The notes under the pieces were generated by a model. The model was not told where the DNA came from. It searched no databases and was given only the letters and a program-made list of their open reading frames with translations. Shown here piece by piece: positions 48,355 to 58,824 of a DNA stretch of 64,000 nucleotides. The position numbers and the translations under genes are program-made. Location of the stretch: positions 928,001 through 992,000 of the forward strand of contig CAVVPN010000003.1 of assembly GCA_963750165.1 (NCBI GenBank), in the 5' to 3' direction. The DNA comes from an uncultured Gemmataceae bacterium. GTDB lineage: Bacteria > Planctomycetota > Planctomycetia > Gemmatales > Gemmataceae. Each line of letters starts with the position of its first letter. Within the stretch, counting starts at the first letter, position 1.

Positions 48355-48777
48355 CCCCGCTGATCTGGATGCTTGACGACGAACCGTCAGCGCTCGCTGG
48401 CCCGATTCACGGCAGGGTCAGCGCACGACGGCCCCGCCAGCGCCCAGGGACGGTTGTTTGCCCCTCGGCGACCGGCAGATTCCGATCTGCGTCAGTTCCA
48501 TCGTTTGTATGTGCCGTCATCCGCTGGCGTCGTGCGCGGAACAGTGCGACCTGAGAGGAGGAGTGGGGAGAGGATGCGCCCGGGTGAAACCAGTTGAAAT
48601 GAAAAAAGCCGTGGTATCGACCTGGTGGAACGCACCTTACTCCGGGCGAAATAGCTCCCAGTAGGCGATCCGGTAGCGAAATAGGCGAGTGTTGGTACTG
48701 GTGAGCGAACAGTCCTTGCTTCCACCAAGTTGGGCCTGGCGATTTCTGCCCACTTTGAATTGTTAGTGGGCGGCCGT

Positions 48778-48798
48778 GGTGCGTCAAGCGCACCCTAC
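48778..48798 (-). repeat. Single GTAG-type REP (third family)
   Basis: Minus strand GTAG-GGTGCG-cttga-CGCACC. Confidence 0.55.
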
Positions 48799-49026
48799 CG
48801 TTTTTCACAAATTCGTCATTGTGGCCCTCTGCTTCCCTGTCGCCCTGGCAATGCCGGGACCGTTATTTCGGGTGAGCGGCAAGCCTCGGTGCGGACAGCC
48901 ACCGGCGGCTTCCTAAAATACCGGACAGGTTGGGAATTCGGGTCAGCGCCACGTTGAAGCCTGTCCACGGCACCGCCAGCCCGTCCCGTTTTCCACAGCC
49001 GGAAACGCTCGCAGGGGCCAGCGGTT

Positions 49027-49156
49027 AGAGCGGTTTGCAGTCGCAGGGACCACGAACGGCAGGCCGGCGCTGCCAGGCGCCGCATCTCGACTTATGAAAA
49101 CGTTGGCTCCCTTGCTGGGGCAGTGCAGACCCCTGCTGGTCAAGCTGTGCCCGCCG
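49027..49156 (+). repeat. Dispersed ~110-130 bp repeat, copy A
   Basis: Aligns by eye to 50449-50561 and 50608-50706 (GGACCACGAACGGCAGGCC.GCGCTGCCAGGCGCCGC.TCTCGAC..TGAAAA..TGGC..CCTTGCTG.GGCAGTGCAG..GGTCAAGC.GTGCCCGCCG). Confidence 0.85.
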
Positions 49157-49246
49157 TCCCACCCCGTGCACGATCCGCCTGCGAACCGCTCCAAGGGTGC
49201 TCGAATCGCGGTGTGCCTCCTCCCTGAGACATTTGGGAGTCCTTCC

Positions 49247-50254
49247 ATGCGTGCAATGATCCTGAAAGCCCCTCGGACAAAGCTCGAAGCGGTTGACCTC
49301 CCCACTCCGAAACCAGGGCCGGAACAAGTCCTGCTTCGGGTCCACGCCTGCGGCGTCTGCCGAACCGATCTGCACGTGATCGATGGCGAACTGACCGAGC
49401 CCAAGTTGCCACTGGTGCCGGGTCACGAAATTGTTGGGACGGTGGTCGAGAAGGGTGAGAAAGCAAATCGCTTCGCGGTCGGGGATCGTGTCGGCGTGCC
49501 GTGGCTGGGCTTCACGGATGGCACCTGTCGTTATTGCCGCGCTGGTCGAGAAAACCTCTGTGACCAGGCTCGATTCACGGGCTATCAACTCGATGGGGGC
49601 TACGCCGAGTTCACCCTGGCCGATCAGCACTACGCCTTCGCCCTGCCGGCCGGGTATGGCGATGCAGAGGCAGCCCCCTTGCTCTGCGCCGGTTTGATCG
49701 GTTACCGCTCTCTGGTATTCGCCGGCGAGGCCCACCGCCTGGGCTTGTACGGTTTCGGCGCCGCCGCCCACATCATCGCGCAGGTCGCCGTTCACCAGGG
49801 CCGGCAGGTGTTCGCGTTCACCAGCCCGGGAGACCAGCAAGCGCAGCAATTCGCCCGCCAGCTGGGGGCCGTTTGGGCCGGCGCTTCCGATACACTCCCC
49901 CCCGAGGAGTTGGATGCGGCCATTCTCTTCGCCCCGGTGGGAAGCCTCGTCCCGGCAGCCTTGCGTGCCGTCGCCAGGGGAGGCACCGTGGTCTGTGCCG
50001 GCATCCACATGAGCGACATTCCGTCCTTCCCCTACCGCCTGCTTTGGGGGGAGCGCACGGTCCGCTCCGTCGCCAACCTGACCCGCCGCGACGGGGAAGC
50101 GTTCCTCGCCCTGGCTCCTCAAGTCCCGGTGCGCACGGAGGTACAAACCTTCCGACTGTCGGAAGCCAACGAGGCCCTGGGAGCCTTGAAAGCCGGCAAG
50201 ATCCAGGGTGCCGCCGTGCTGGTCATTGCGGATGCGTCTGGATCACGGAGCTAA
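49247..50254 (+). CDS. Zinc-binding alcohol dehydrogenase family protein
   Basis: CGVCRTDLH, PGHEIVG, C..C...ENLC structural Zn site, APLLCAGLIG, GLYGFGAAAH. Confidence 0.95.
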   Translation: MRAMILKAPRTKLEAVDLPTPKPGPEQVLLRVHACGVCRTDLHVIDGELTEPKLPLVPGHEIVGTVVEKGEKANRFAVGDRVGVPWLGFTDGTCRYCRAGRENLCDQARFTGYQLDGGYAEFTLADQHYAFALPAGYGDAEAAPLLCAGLIGYRSLVFAGEAHRLGLYGFGAAAHIIAQVAVHQGRQVFAFTSPGDQQAQQFARQLGAVWAGASDTLPPEELDAAILFAPVGSLVPAALRAVARGGTVVCAGIHMSDIPSFPYRLLWGERTVRSVANLTRRDGEAFLALAPQVPVRTEVQTFRLSEANEALGALKAGKIQGAAVLVIADASGSRS

Positions 50255-50448
50255 GCTGGAAAGCTCTACGGTATTTGCGGATTCACTTCAATTCTTCTCT
50301 GGGCCCGATCAGCGACTTACCCGCTTCATGATTTTGCAAAAGGAGACCTTGCCGTGAAGACAGTTCGGTGGGTTGGGGGTCGGTCGGGTTCGGCATCCGG
50401 GGACGATACGCCGGCCGACCGGAGGGCGCAACCGCTTTCTGGTGATCC

Positions 50449-50706
50449 AGAGCAGTTTGCCGTCGCAAGGACCACGAACGGCAGGCCAGCGCTGCCAGGC
50501 GCCGCTTCTCGACGTGTGAAAAAGTTGGCGTCCTTGGCGTTCTTGGCGTCCTTGCTGTGGCGACCGCCGCCGATGGTTGTCGCGCCGTGCCAGCCGCACG
50601 CGGCCGGGGCGCCGCTTCTCGACGTGTGAAAAAGCTGGCCCCCTTGGCCTCCTTGGCCCCCTTGCTGTGGCAGTGCAGGCCGCTGGTGGTCAAGCCGTGC
50701 CCGCCG
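50449..50706 (+). repeat. Dispersed repeat, tandem copies B and C (110-bp period) with internal 9-nt microrepeats
   Basis: GGCGCCGCTTCTCGACGTGTGAAAAAG at 50498 and 50608, each followed by three TGGC-anchored ~9-nt units and CCTTGCTGTGGC. Confidence 0.85.
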
Positions 50707-50774
50707 CCCCTTCTTTCCGTGGGGCAGACATTCCTCAGCGGTGCCAGCCAATTTCGACCGTTTCAGACTAAACC

Positions 50775-53700
50775 TCAGCGCTCACTCTTCACGCACTTCC
50801 CTACCGGCAACCGCAGCGTGCGCTCCAATTCCTCCAGCTGCTGCCGCAGTTCAGCGTCGTCCGGCCGCAGCCGCACTGCCTCGCGTTGCGTCAGCAGCGC
50901 CTGCGCCCGCTTGCCGGCCAGATACTCCGCCGCCGCCAACCAGTGCAGCGTCAGCGCGTCCTGACGTTTGCCCAGCGCCGCCGCCCGCGTCAGATCGCCG
51001 AGCGCGGCGCCGCCGCCACGCTCCAGCCGCACCCGGCCGCGCACGTACAGTGCCCGCGCGTCATCGCGGAACAGCGCCAGCGCCCGCTCCGCATCCGCCA
51101 GTGCCGCCGTCAGCTTGCCGCGCTCCAGCGCCAGCAGGCCGCGCAGCCCGAACGCCGGCCCGACCTCAACGCCGCTGGCGAACGACGCCCGCAGCAGTGC
51201 CTCGACCCGCGCTGCGGCGCTCCCTTCCTGGTAAGCGCGCTCCGCGCACACCAGCATATCGACCGCCTGACCGCAGGCGCTCGCCCGGGATGGCGCCGGC
51301 TTCAGCGCCGCCAGCAGGTCCGCCCGTCGCCGGCCGAGCGCCAGTACCAGCGCCTGCGTTTCCTGCAACGGCGCAGCGACCGCCGCCAGCGCCTTGACCT
51401 TTTCCGCCTCCGCGAGTGCCTGCCCCAGCTGCCCCAGCGCCAGATGGGCTTTCAGCAAGCCGTGCAGCACGTCGGCAGCGCGGTCGGCGCGGTCCAGGTG
51501 AAAGACGGCCTTCGTGAACTCGCCGCGGTGCAGGTGAATCAGCCCGAGGATGCGCTGCGCCTGTGGGCTGAACTTTTGCGCCGCGCCCGCTGCGCCAGGT
51601 CAAAGGCGTCCTCGTAACGACCCAGCCGCAGGTGCCAGTCCGCCGCCTGCACCAGCCCCGCCACGTCCTCGCCAACCACCACGGTGTAACGCCGCAGATA
51701 CGGTAGCGCCTCCTCGGGCCGCTTCGCGCGCAGTTCCAACCGCACCAGCGCCCGCAGCACCTCCGCCGCCTGGCCGTCCGCTTTCAGCGCCTGCCGATAC
51801 GTCGCCCGCGCGTCGTCGAGCTGGCCCAGCCGCTCCTGCACCGCCGCCTTGAACTGCAGCGCCTCCACGCCGGACACACCGTCCACGTCCGCCTTCTCCG
51901 CCAGCTCCAGGAACGCCAGCGCCTGGTCGTGCCTGTCCAGCCGCGCCGCACTGCGGGCCAGCTGCACCAGCGCCGCCGCCCGGATGGTGCGATCCTTCGC
52001 CTTCGTCAGCGGCCCCAGCACCTGCCGTGCCCCGTCGTGGTCGTCGCGCTTGACGCGCACCGCCCCCAGCGCTACCGCGTACTTTTGCTGCTGCGGGAAG
52101 CGCCGCACCATGACCCGGTACGCCGCCTCCTCCTCGGCCAGGTCCGCGGCGCTGCGCACGGTCAACTCCCACAGCGCCGCGTCGTCGGGGTGGAAGAGCC
52201 GCGCCCACGGCAGCATCCGGCGGGCGTACTCGGGCTCGTCGTGCTCCAGGTACAGCCGGGCCAGCACCGCGGCGCTGACGCGGTCGCCCGGCGCCAGGAT
52301 CACGTGCGTCAGCAGCCGCGGCGCGTCGGCCCACAGCCGTGTCGGTGTCAGCGTCAGCCAGACGCGCCAGACCTTGTTCACGTCCTCGTGAAACTTGCGG
52401 AACGCCGCGAAGTCCGCCGGCAGCACACGCGAGCGCTCCATGCGCAGCCGAAACTCCAGCTCCAGCCGCCGCGGCGTCGCGCGGTCGTACGTCACGCGCA
52501 CCGAAAACTCGCCCCACTTCGAGCGCAGCGTGTGGCCGCGCGGCACGCCGTCCAGCCGGTACGCGGTCGGCAGTTCGATGCGGTAGCGGTGGACGGACTC
52601 GAATGGCGCGTCCAGTTCCAGCGGCGCGGTGCGTTCGTAGTCGAGCGTGTACGCCAGCAGCCGCGACCAGACGCTGCTGTCGCTGAAGTTGCCCTCGCGG
52701 TCCGGTTCGCCGCTGAAGTGCCCGGGAATCTCGAACGCCATCTCCGCCCGCACCGGCCCGTCGTGGCTGCGCAGGTCCATGTCGTTGACCGACAGCGACC
52801 GCAGCCGCGTCTTCGGATAGGCGTCCTGCAGGGCACTGACGACGCCGCGGCGGCGCTCTCCGGGGGCCGCCTCCAGCCAGCGGTCGCGCTGGTGCAGCGC
52901 CGCCAACCCAAAGAACGTCTGCGACCGCCGCGCCTGCACGCTGCCGTCAGGCAGCACAGTCACGTCGGTGGTTTGTTCGAGCCGATTGTCGCGCCAGGTC
53001 AGCGCCGGTGTCCGCACCAGCTTGATTTCCCCCGCGCGCGTCAGGTAGGCGATGCGGTCGCGGTCGCCCGCGGGCAAAAAGTCCCAGCCGGCGTGCGCGG
53101 CGGTCGTGTCGATCCAGTGATGCTGGCCGTCGAGCTGCACCAGGAGGATGGCGTGCGTGCCCCAGGGCATCGGCACTTCCGGCAGCACCTGGCCGTCGTC
53201 GGCCGCCCCGAGCGTCACCAGCCAGACGAGCAGGCCGAGTTCCTGCAGCATTACCGCGAGCAGCTGGGCCTGGTCCTTGCAGTCGCCGAACAGGTTCGCC
53301 AGCACTCGAGCCGGCCGGTGCGGCGTGTAGCCGTGGCCCGCCCCCGCCGAGACGTAACGGATGCGCCGCCGCACCCAGTACGTCAGCGCCGCCGCTTTCT
53401 CGCGCGGCGTTTTCAGGTCCTTCGTCACATCCTGCACCACCTTGCGGATGGCCGGTGTACACTCCCAGCAATCGGCCCGCACCTTGTCTTTCCAGCGGCC
53501 GACCTCCGCCCATGATGGAAACGTCGAGAACGCCACCTGCAAGCGCAAATCCTCCTTCGACGGCAGATCGCTATCCGGCGGCAGCGCCGGCCGCCGCGTC
53601 GCCGTCCAGGTGTAGAGCCGCTGGCCGCCCGCGTCCGTGACGACCGGCTCGACGCGGCCGTTGACCGGGGCGCAGCGCAGCGGCTTGTCCTTCGGCAGCC

Positions 53701-54301
53701 GCACGCGCAGTTCTTCGCGCAGTGTTGGGTGGCGGTCGTCGCCGAAGCGGTAGCGCGAGAAGAAGTGGCCGTGGTACTCCGGGTTCTTGCCGCGCACCGT
53801 CCATTTGACCTCGATGATGTCGCCGATTTGCAGATTCGGGAAGGAGATGACGAGCTGCTTCTCGGGGTCGTAGACCTGGTAGTCGGTGCCCTGGTCGCGC
53901 AGTTGCACGTGCCGTGGTTCAATGGCGACGACGGTGCCGTCGGGCTTCAGGACGCGGGCGATGTTGAGGGTCAGTTTCTGGAAGGCCGGGTCATAGGAAA
54001 TGCTGCGGTACTCGCCGAGTTTGTCGATACCCTTGCGGCTGTTGAGGCGCGTGACCTCGTGCGAGACGGTTTCGACGGTGCCGTCCGGCTCGACGAAGTG
54101 CGTGGTGCCGAAGTAGAGGATGCACGCCGGGGCGTCTTCGAGGAAGTCGCGCGGCACCTGCTTGAGCACGGCGGCGTCGTGGCGGTACGGGACGGGCTCG
54201 CGCGACGGGCCGCGCGGCACCGGCCAGTCGTCGGCGCGGGCGGCCGCGGGGAGGAAGAGCGCGACACAACCGAGCAGCAGGGAAGCGCAGGGGGACCGCA
54301 T
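50775..54301 (-). CDS. Exported DUF3857 + transglutaminase-like + TPR protein; frameshift near 51575
   Basis: Signal peptide, DUF3857-type P.LQIGDIIE, catalytic-triad-like FGDCKD / HAI / WIDTT, TPR-like helices continuing in ORF 50775..51470. Confidence 0.85.
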
Positions 54302-54416
54302 CGGGGGGTCGCCTCAAAGGAGGTTGATCGGTTGGCGCGGCTGGGACCGCCCGCCGCCATTCTAACCGGAGACGAGGCCGGGGCAGAAGGGCTAACTCGG
54401 GACCGACGCGGCCGTG

Positions 54417-54901
54417 CTACTCCAGCAGCCGATCCAGTGCTTGCTCGAAGGAGAAGACCTCAACGGGGTCGGGCGGCTCACGGCGACTCTGTAGCGAGTG
54501 CCAGGGGCGCACGAGCCAGCAAACGCCCTCTTGCCAGATGTACGCCGCAGTGTCGCCGCGCGTGAATCGATACACCGGGGTTGGAATAGCCACGGGGAGC
54601 GAAGTGCAGTCGTCCTTGAAAAAACCGTTTCCCACGCGATCCATCCACGCGACGGCGGGGTGACTGCGATGTTCGGTGATCGGCTGATACAACTGCTCCC
54701 CGAGTTTTTGGGTCGCCGCCTCCAGTTCGCGCGGGTCGGGCCGGGGCAACTCGAGCGTGTCCGCGACGGTGAAGCACGCCCAGCCATCGCAAGATGGGCA
54801 TTGTGCTTCAACCTGCCAGTCCTCAGTGGCGCAACCTGCACCTTGAACTGAAAACGGCATCTGCGGCAGAATACTCGCTGGATGATGGGAGAATCGCTCA
54901 T
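54417..54901 (-). CDS. Hypothetical protein, possible N-terminal zinc ribbon; probable frameshift near 54820
   Basis: MSDSPIIQRVFCRRC in one frame and CPSCDGW.. in ORF 54417..54860 together give CxxC..CxxC. Confidence 0.4.
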
Positions 54902-55049
54902 GCTTTCAGTCGCTCTGTCCGCAGCCGCAACAAGGACTCGCAGGACACGCGCATCTATTTTCGCAGTCTCCCGGAAAAAAGGAATGGGGCACCGGATGTT
55001 CACCCGGCACCCCAACCTTTCCTGTCTTTCACTGACCACTGACCACTGT

Positions 55050-56030
55050 CTACTTCGGCAACACCAACGCCCGCGCCACAAATTCAATGATCCCTTCCTG
55101 CGGCAAATCCGTCACGACCCGCAACGTCCGGTTGATCTCACCGGGCTGGTTCGGCTGCAGCGTCACGGTCAGCACATGAACGGTCTTGGCCTCGGTGGTG
55201 CTGTCGCGCACCTCCAGGTTCTTGTCCACGCCCTCGATGCTGATGATGCGGAACGGCGACACGCCGCGGACGATGACGCGCCGATCCGCCTGCTGGCCGG
55301 CCTTGAGCTGGCCCAGCGCCACCGTGCCGGGGCTGACGGTCAGGGCGGACTCGATCTCCACCGTCAGCGGCACGCGCAGCCGCGGCGTCCCGGGGTTGTT
55401 GGTCGTCAGCCACACGTCCGTGTACCAGCGGCCCGCCGGCGTGTCGGATCGCAGCTGGGTGGTCAGCGTGTAGGTCACCTCGGCGTTGTCGCGGCGCACC
55501 TGCGTCAGCGTCGGGTGCACGTAGTTGCTGTCGCTCTTGACGCCGGTGATCTGCCAACCGGTGTTGCCCGTGAATGAGATGGTCACCGCCGCGCTCGGCG
55601 TGGTGCCGCGGCGGACGCTGCCGAAGGTCAGGCCCTCCGGCTGCACGCTCACGTCGTCGCGGCTGTTGGCCTGCACCCAGAGGCGGACCTCCTCATAACG
55701 CGGCTGGCTGAAGGTGACGAAGATGGTGACGTTCTTGTGGCCGACGAAGCGGCGCGTGTCCATGTAGGCCAGGACGGCGGTCTCCTCGCCGGGGGCCAAG
55801 GTGCCCTTGAGGGCGGTCGCCGAGACGCACCCGCAGGAGACGCGGATGCCGGAGATGGTGACCACCTGGTCGGTTTTGTTGACCAGGCGGAACGGATGCT
55901 GCAGCGTGGGGCCGCGCGGCACCGAGCCGAAGTCGCGCGACAACTCGTCGAACAACTTGTCGGCCCACGAGGCCCGCGCCGACCCCACGGCACACAGGCC
56001 CAGCACGATGGCAAGACTGTAACGAAGCAT
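55050..56030 (-). CDS. DUF1573-domain exported protein
   Basis: Signal peptide, DFGSV.RG, F.L.N, I..IRVSCGC, L.PGE; repeated Ig-like units. Confidence 0.85.
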   Translation of the reverse strand: MLRYSLAIVLGLCAVGSARASWADKLFDELSRDFGSVPRGPTLQHPFRLVNKTDQVVTISGIRVSCGCVSATALKGTLAPGEETAVLAYMDTRRFVGHKNVTIFVTFSQPRYEEVRLWVQANSRDDVSVQPEGLTFGSVRRGTTPSAAVTISFTGNTGWQITGVKSDSNYVHPTLTQVRRDNAEVTYTLTTQLRSDTPAGRWYTDVWLTTNNPGTPRLRVPLTVEIESALTVSPGTVALGQLKAGQQADRRVIVRGVSPFRIISIEGVDKNLEVRDSTTEAKTVHVLTVTLQPNQPGEINRTLRVVTDLPQEGIIEFVARALVLPK

Positions 56031-56334
56031 GTTGACCCTTCCCTGCTGGAAAGCGGCTCAGGGGCGGCCCGGCGCCGTGAACGTTTCGGGAACGACCCCG
56101 AAAGGCGCGTACGAAGCGGGCCGCCACCGTCGAGCCACTATTTCTATTCCCCCCATCGGCCGCGGTGTCAAACCGACGGGAGGCCGACCGGGCGGTCTGC
56201 GCAAAATCCGCGCAGCTAGATCTGCGCGACGGGGGCAGACGGCACTTCACTCACGGTTTGCCAAGGCACCTGCGGATGCCGTGGTGTTTTCCTGATGAGA
56301 GCGCCCGCGTTGCTCAGGCCGCCCCGGCGCCGCC

Positions 56335-56350
56335 TGGCACGACCTATGCT
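56335..56350 (+). promoter_or_regulatory. Candidate sigma54 (-24/-12) promoter upstream of the DedA gene
   Basis: TGGCACG-ACCT-ATGCT: GG-N10-GC spacing, one mismatch from TGGCACG-N4-TTGCW. Confidence 0.5.
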
Positions 56351-56477
56351 TTCAGCAGGGCCGGGGCCGGCAAGTTGCCCTTTGCACGGGGCGGTAAAAC
56401 CATTACCCTTTACCAAAGTAACCCACACCCCGACAGCCCCCTTGCGTATCCGTTTACTCCAGGCAGGAAAAGCGTTC

Positions 56478-57350
56478 ATGACGGCAACCCCGCACTCCCG
56501 GCGTGGCACCAGGCTGCTGGCCTGGGCGCTGTTGTTCTGGCTCGCCTTCGGCGGCGTGGCGCCGGCGCTGGCGGACGGCAACCCCAAGGACGCCAGCGTC
56601 TCGGCCGCGGAACCGCCGGCCAACTTCTTCGTCCAGGTGGCCCGCAACCTGTTCGACAGCAAGGCCCTGCTGCGCACGCTCGGCCAGAAGGAGTTCGCCG
56701 TCTCCGCCTTCCTCGTGCTTAACGTGATCGTCTTCACCGAGACGGGCCTGCTGGTCGGCTTTTTCCTGCCGGGCGACTCGCTGCTGGTGACCGCCGGCCT
56801 GGTGTGCGCCGAGTCGAACGGTGCCTGGAGCCTGCCACTGCTGCTGGGCACGCTGTCGCTGTCGGCTATCGTCGGCGACAGCCTCGGCTACGCCATCGGC
56901 TACAAGACCGGCCCGAAAATCTTCAAGCGCGAGAAGTCGCTGCTGTTCCACAAGGACCACCTGCTCAAGGCGCAGGCGTTCTACGAGCAGCACGGCGGCA
57001 AGACGATCATCCTGGCGCGGTTCATGCCGATCCTGCGGACGTTCGCGCCGGTGGTGGCGGGCGTTGGTCGAATGGAGTACCGGCAGTTCGTGTTCTTCAA
57101 CGTCTTCGGCGGCATTGGCTGGGTGTGCAGCATGGTGCTGCTGGGGTACTTCCTGCCGTCGCTGATCGAGCCACCGCTGCGGCAGCTCTTCGGCCCCGAA
57201 TTCTCGGTGCAGGAGCACCTGGAAAAGGTGATCGTGCTGGTGGTGCTGGCGTCGGTGGCGCCGGGCGGCATCGTCTGGCTGCGCAGCAAGCTCAAGGGCA
57301 AGGCACCGCCGACCACGGAGGCGACGACGCCGGAACAGGTGTCGGCCTGA
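56478..57350 (+). CDS. DedA/VTT family membrane protein with N-terminal extension
   Basis: IVFTETGLLVGFFLPGDSLL..AG, GD.LGY.IG, HGGKTIILARF.PI.RTFAP.VAG. Confidence 0.93.
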   Translation: MTATPHSRRGTRLLAWALLFWLAFGGVAPALADGNPKDASVSAAEPPANFFVQVARNLFDSKALLRTLGQKEFAVSAFLVLNVIVFTETGLLVGFFLPGDSLLVTAGLVCAESNGAWSLPLLLGTLSLSAIVGDSLGYAIGYKTGPKIFKREKSLLFHKDHLLKAQAFYEQHGGKTIILARFMPILRTFAPVVAGVGRMEYRQFVFFNVFGGIGWVCSMVLLGYFLPSLIEPPLRQLFGPEFSVQEHLEKVIVLVVLASVAPGGIVWLRSKLKGKAPPTTEATTPEQVSA

Positions 57351-57359
57351 GCAGTGGGA

Positions 57360-57434
57360 CCGGACAATGACGAACCCCGTTTTTAGTTTCGCGCTGCCCG
57401 CGCGAAACTAAAAACGGGGTTCGTCGTTGTCCGG
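57360..57434. repeat. 35-bp inverted repeat between convergent genes (possible bidirectional terminator)
   Basis: CCGGACAATGACGAACCCCGTTTTTAGTTTCGCGC-tgccc-GCGCGAAACTAAAAACGGGGTTCGTCGTTGTCCGG, one G-U type mismatch. Confidence 0.8.
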
Positions 57435-57438
57435 CGGT

Positions 57439-58398
57439 TTACTCCAGCCAGTCGGGACCGAGCACTTCCAGCCCGGCGGGTGTCAAGGCGGCGTTCCACG
57501 TCCGCATGGTCACGCTGCCGTTGACGCCGCGGACGCTGGCGTCGGCCATGAGGATTTGTACGGCCCCCGAATGGCCGCTGTTGAAGGTGAGCGGACTGCA
57601 GGAACCGCCAAGGCCCACGGTCGGGTGGACCTGCGGCAGCGGAAAACTCAGGGCGTTGCCGTTGTTCGGGTCGGCGACCTTCGCGGTGGGATACTCGCTG
57701 GCGAACGTGCCCGGGGCGAGGTTCGGCGGGTTGGTGGTCGTGTTGACGCCGGTCCAGTAGACAATCGGGTCGCCAGTCGTCAGGTTGATGGCCGGCCAGA
57801 CCATCCGCCCCGCGGTGGCGATATTGTTACCGTTCGGATCTGGACACAGGGCCATGAGTTCGCCGAACAACACGGTGTTACTCGTGCCGTCGCGGAAGGT
57901 GGACTTCAAGGATGGATAATTATTGGAGACGAACACCTGGCCGTTCTCGGCGTAGCTGGCCAGGTTCCAGCCGGCGCCTCCCTGACCGTCGTTGACGCCG
58001 CTGTAGTCCAGCGGGCAGATGAAGATTTTGATGGAGAGGGGGTGGCTGGAGCCGTTGTAGTAAGAACTTTGCTTGCTCAGCCCGGTCAGGGCGTTGTACG
58101 CATTCTCCTGCTCCAGGAACGGCAGCAGGGCCCAGAACACGGAAGTATTCACCAGATTGATGCTGCCGCGTGGGAAGTTGTAGCCGTGCAACGGCATGTA
58201 CTTGTACGTATTGTCGCAGTCATGGGCGGCCGTACCAAGGTTCTTCATGTTGTTGCGACACTGGGTCGCCGCCGCGGCTTCGCGGACCTTCTGGACCGCG
58301 GGCAAGAGTAAGCCGATGAGAATCGCGATGATGGCGATTACCACCAGCAGTTCAATCAGCGTGAAGCCGAAACGCCGGGCGGGAAGCGGCAAAGGCAT
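57439..58398 (-). CDS. DUF1559 family prepilin-type protein
   Basis: [47 protein letters not shown]9-D(A) motif HSGAVQILMADASVR. Confidence 0.95.
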   Translation of the reverse strand: MPLPLPARRFGFTLIELLVVIAIIAILIGLLLPAVQKVREAAAATQCRNNMKNLGTAAHDCDNTYKYMPLHGYNFPRGSINLVNTSVFWALLPFLEQENAYNALTGLSKQSSYYNGSSHPLSIKIFICPLDYSGVNDGQGGAGWNLASYAENGQVFVSNNYPSLKSTFRDGTSNTVLFGELMALCPDPNGNNIATAGRMVWPAINLTTGDPIVYWTGVNTTTNPPNLAPGTFASEYPTAKVADPNNGNALSFPLPQVHPTVGLGGSCSPLTFNSGHSGAVQILMADASVRGVNGSVTMRTWNAALTPAGLEVLGPDWLE

Positions 58399-58593
58399 GG
58401 GAGTGGTTCCTGCTCGTGCGGGGGTAAAAACCATTTACGGTAAGTAGGTGAGGGGGATTTTACCCTGCAAGTCGCGGGGGAGCCAGCGTAAAGGCATGAA
58501 AAATAGTAAATGCGTAGGAAATGAAAATCCCTTGCTCCCCGACCGCCGTTCGAGAGGCGTTCGCGCGCGCCAGCCGCGCCCTCTTCGGGAAGG

Positions 58594-58755
58594 TCAACGC
58601 GATCGTTTCTTGATCTGTTCCCCTTCCTGCTGGCGGGCTTTTTTCAGGTTGTCGTACTCCTGCTTGCCGCGCTCCGGGTCCGGTTTGGTCTCTCCCTGGC
58701 ACCCCAGGACCAGCCCCAGCAGCACGGCACAGCTCCAGCCCAAACGACGCAACAT
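58594..58755 (-). CDS. Small lipoprotein following a DUF1559 gene
   Basis: MLRRLGWSCAVLLGLVLGC lipobox, 53 aa, GAGG upstream. Confidence 0.65.
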   Translation of the reverse strand: MLRRLGWSCAVLLGLVLGCQGETKPDPERGKQEYDNLKKARQQEGEQIKKRSR

Positions 58756-58824
58756 GGCCGCCTCCGCCTCTCGAAAACGTGGCGGCAAGTTGGCGACTTG
58801 CCGCCACGCCAGGTCCGTTCGTGC

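Noticed and set aside
50449..50706. CRISPR-like array
   Set aside because: Only two to three long degenerate units, the intervening sequences are similar to each other, and there are no cas genes.
41389..50706. Integrative mobile element covering the stress island
   Set aside because: No integrase, transposase, tRNA or flanking att repeats are visible.
55030..55049. CACTGAC heptamer microrepeat after the DUF1573 gene
   Set aside because: Only about 2.5 units with no associated element.
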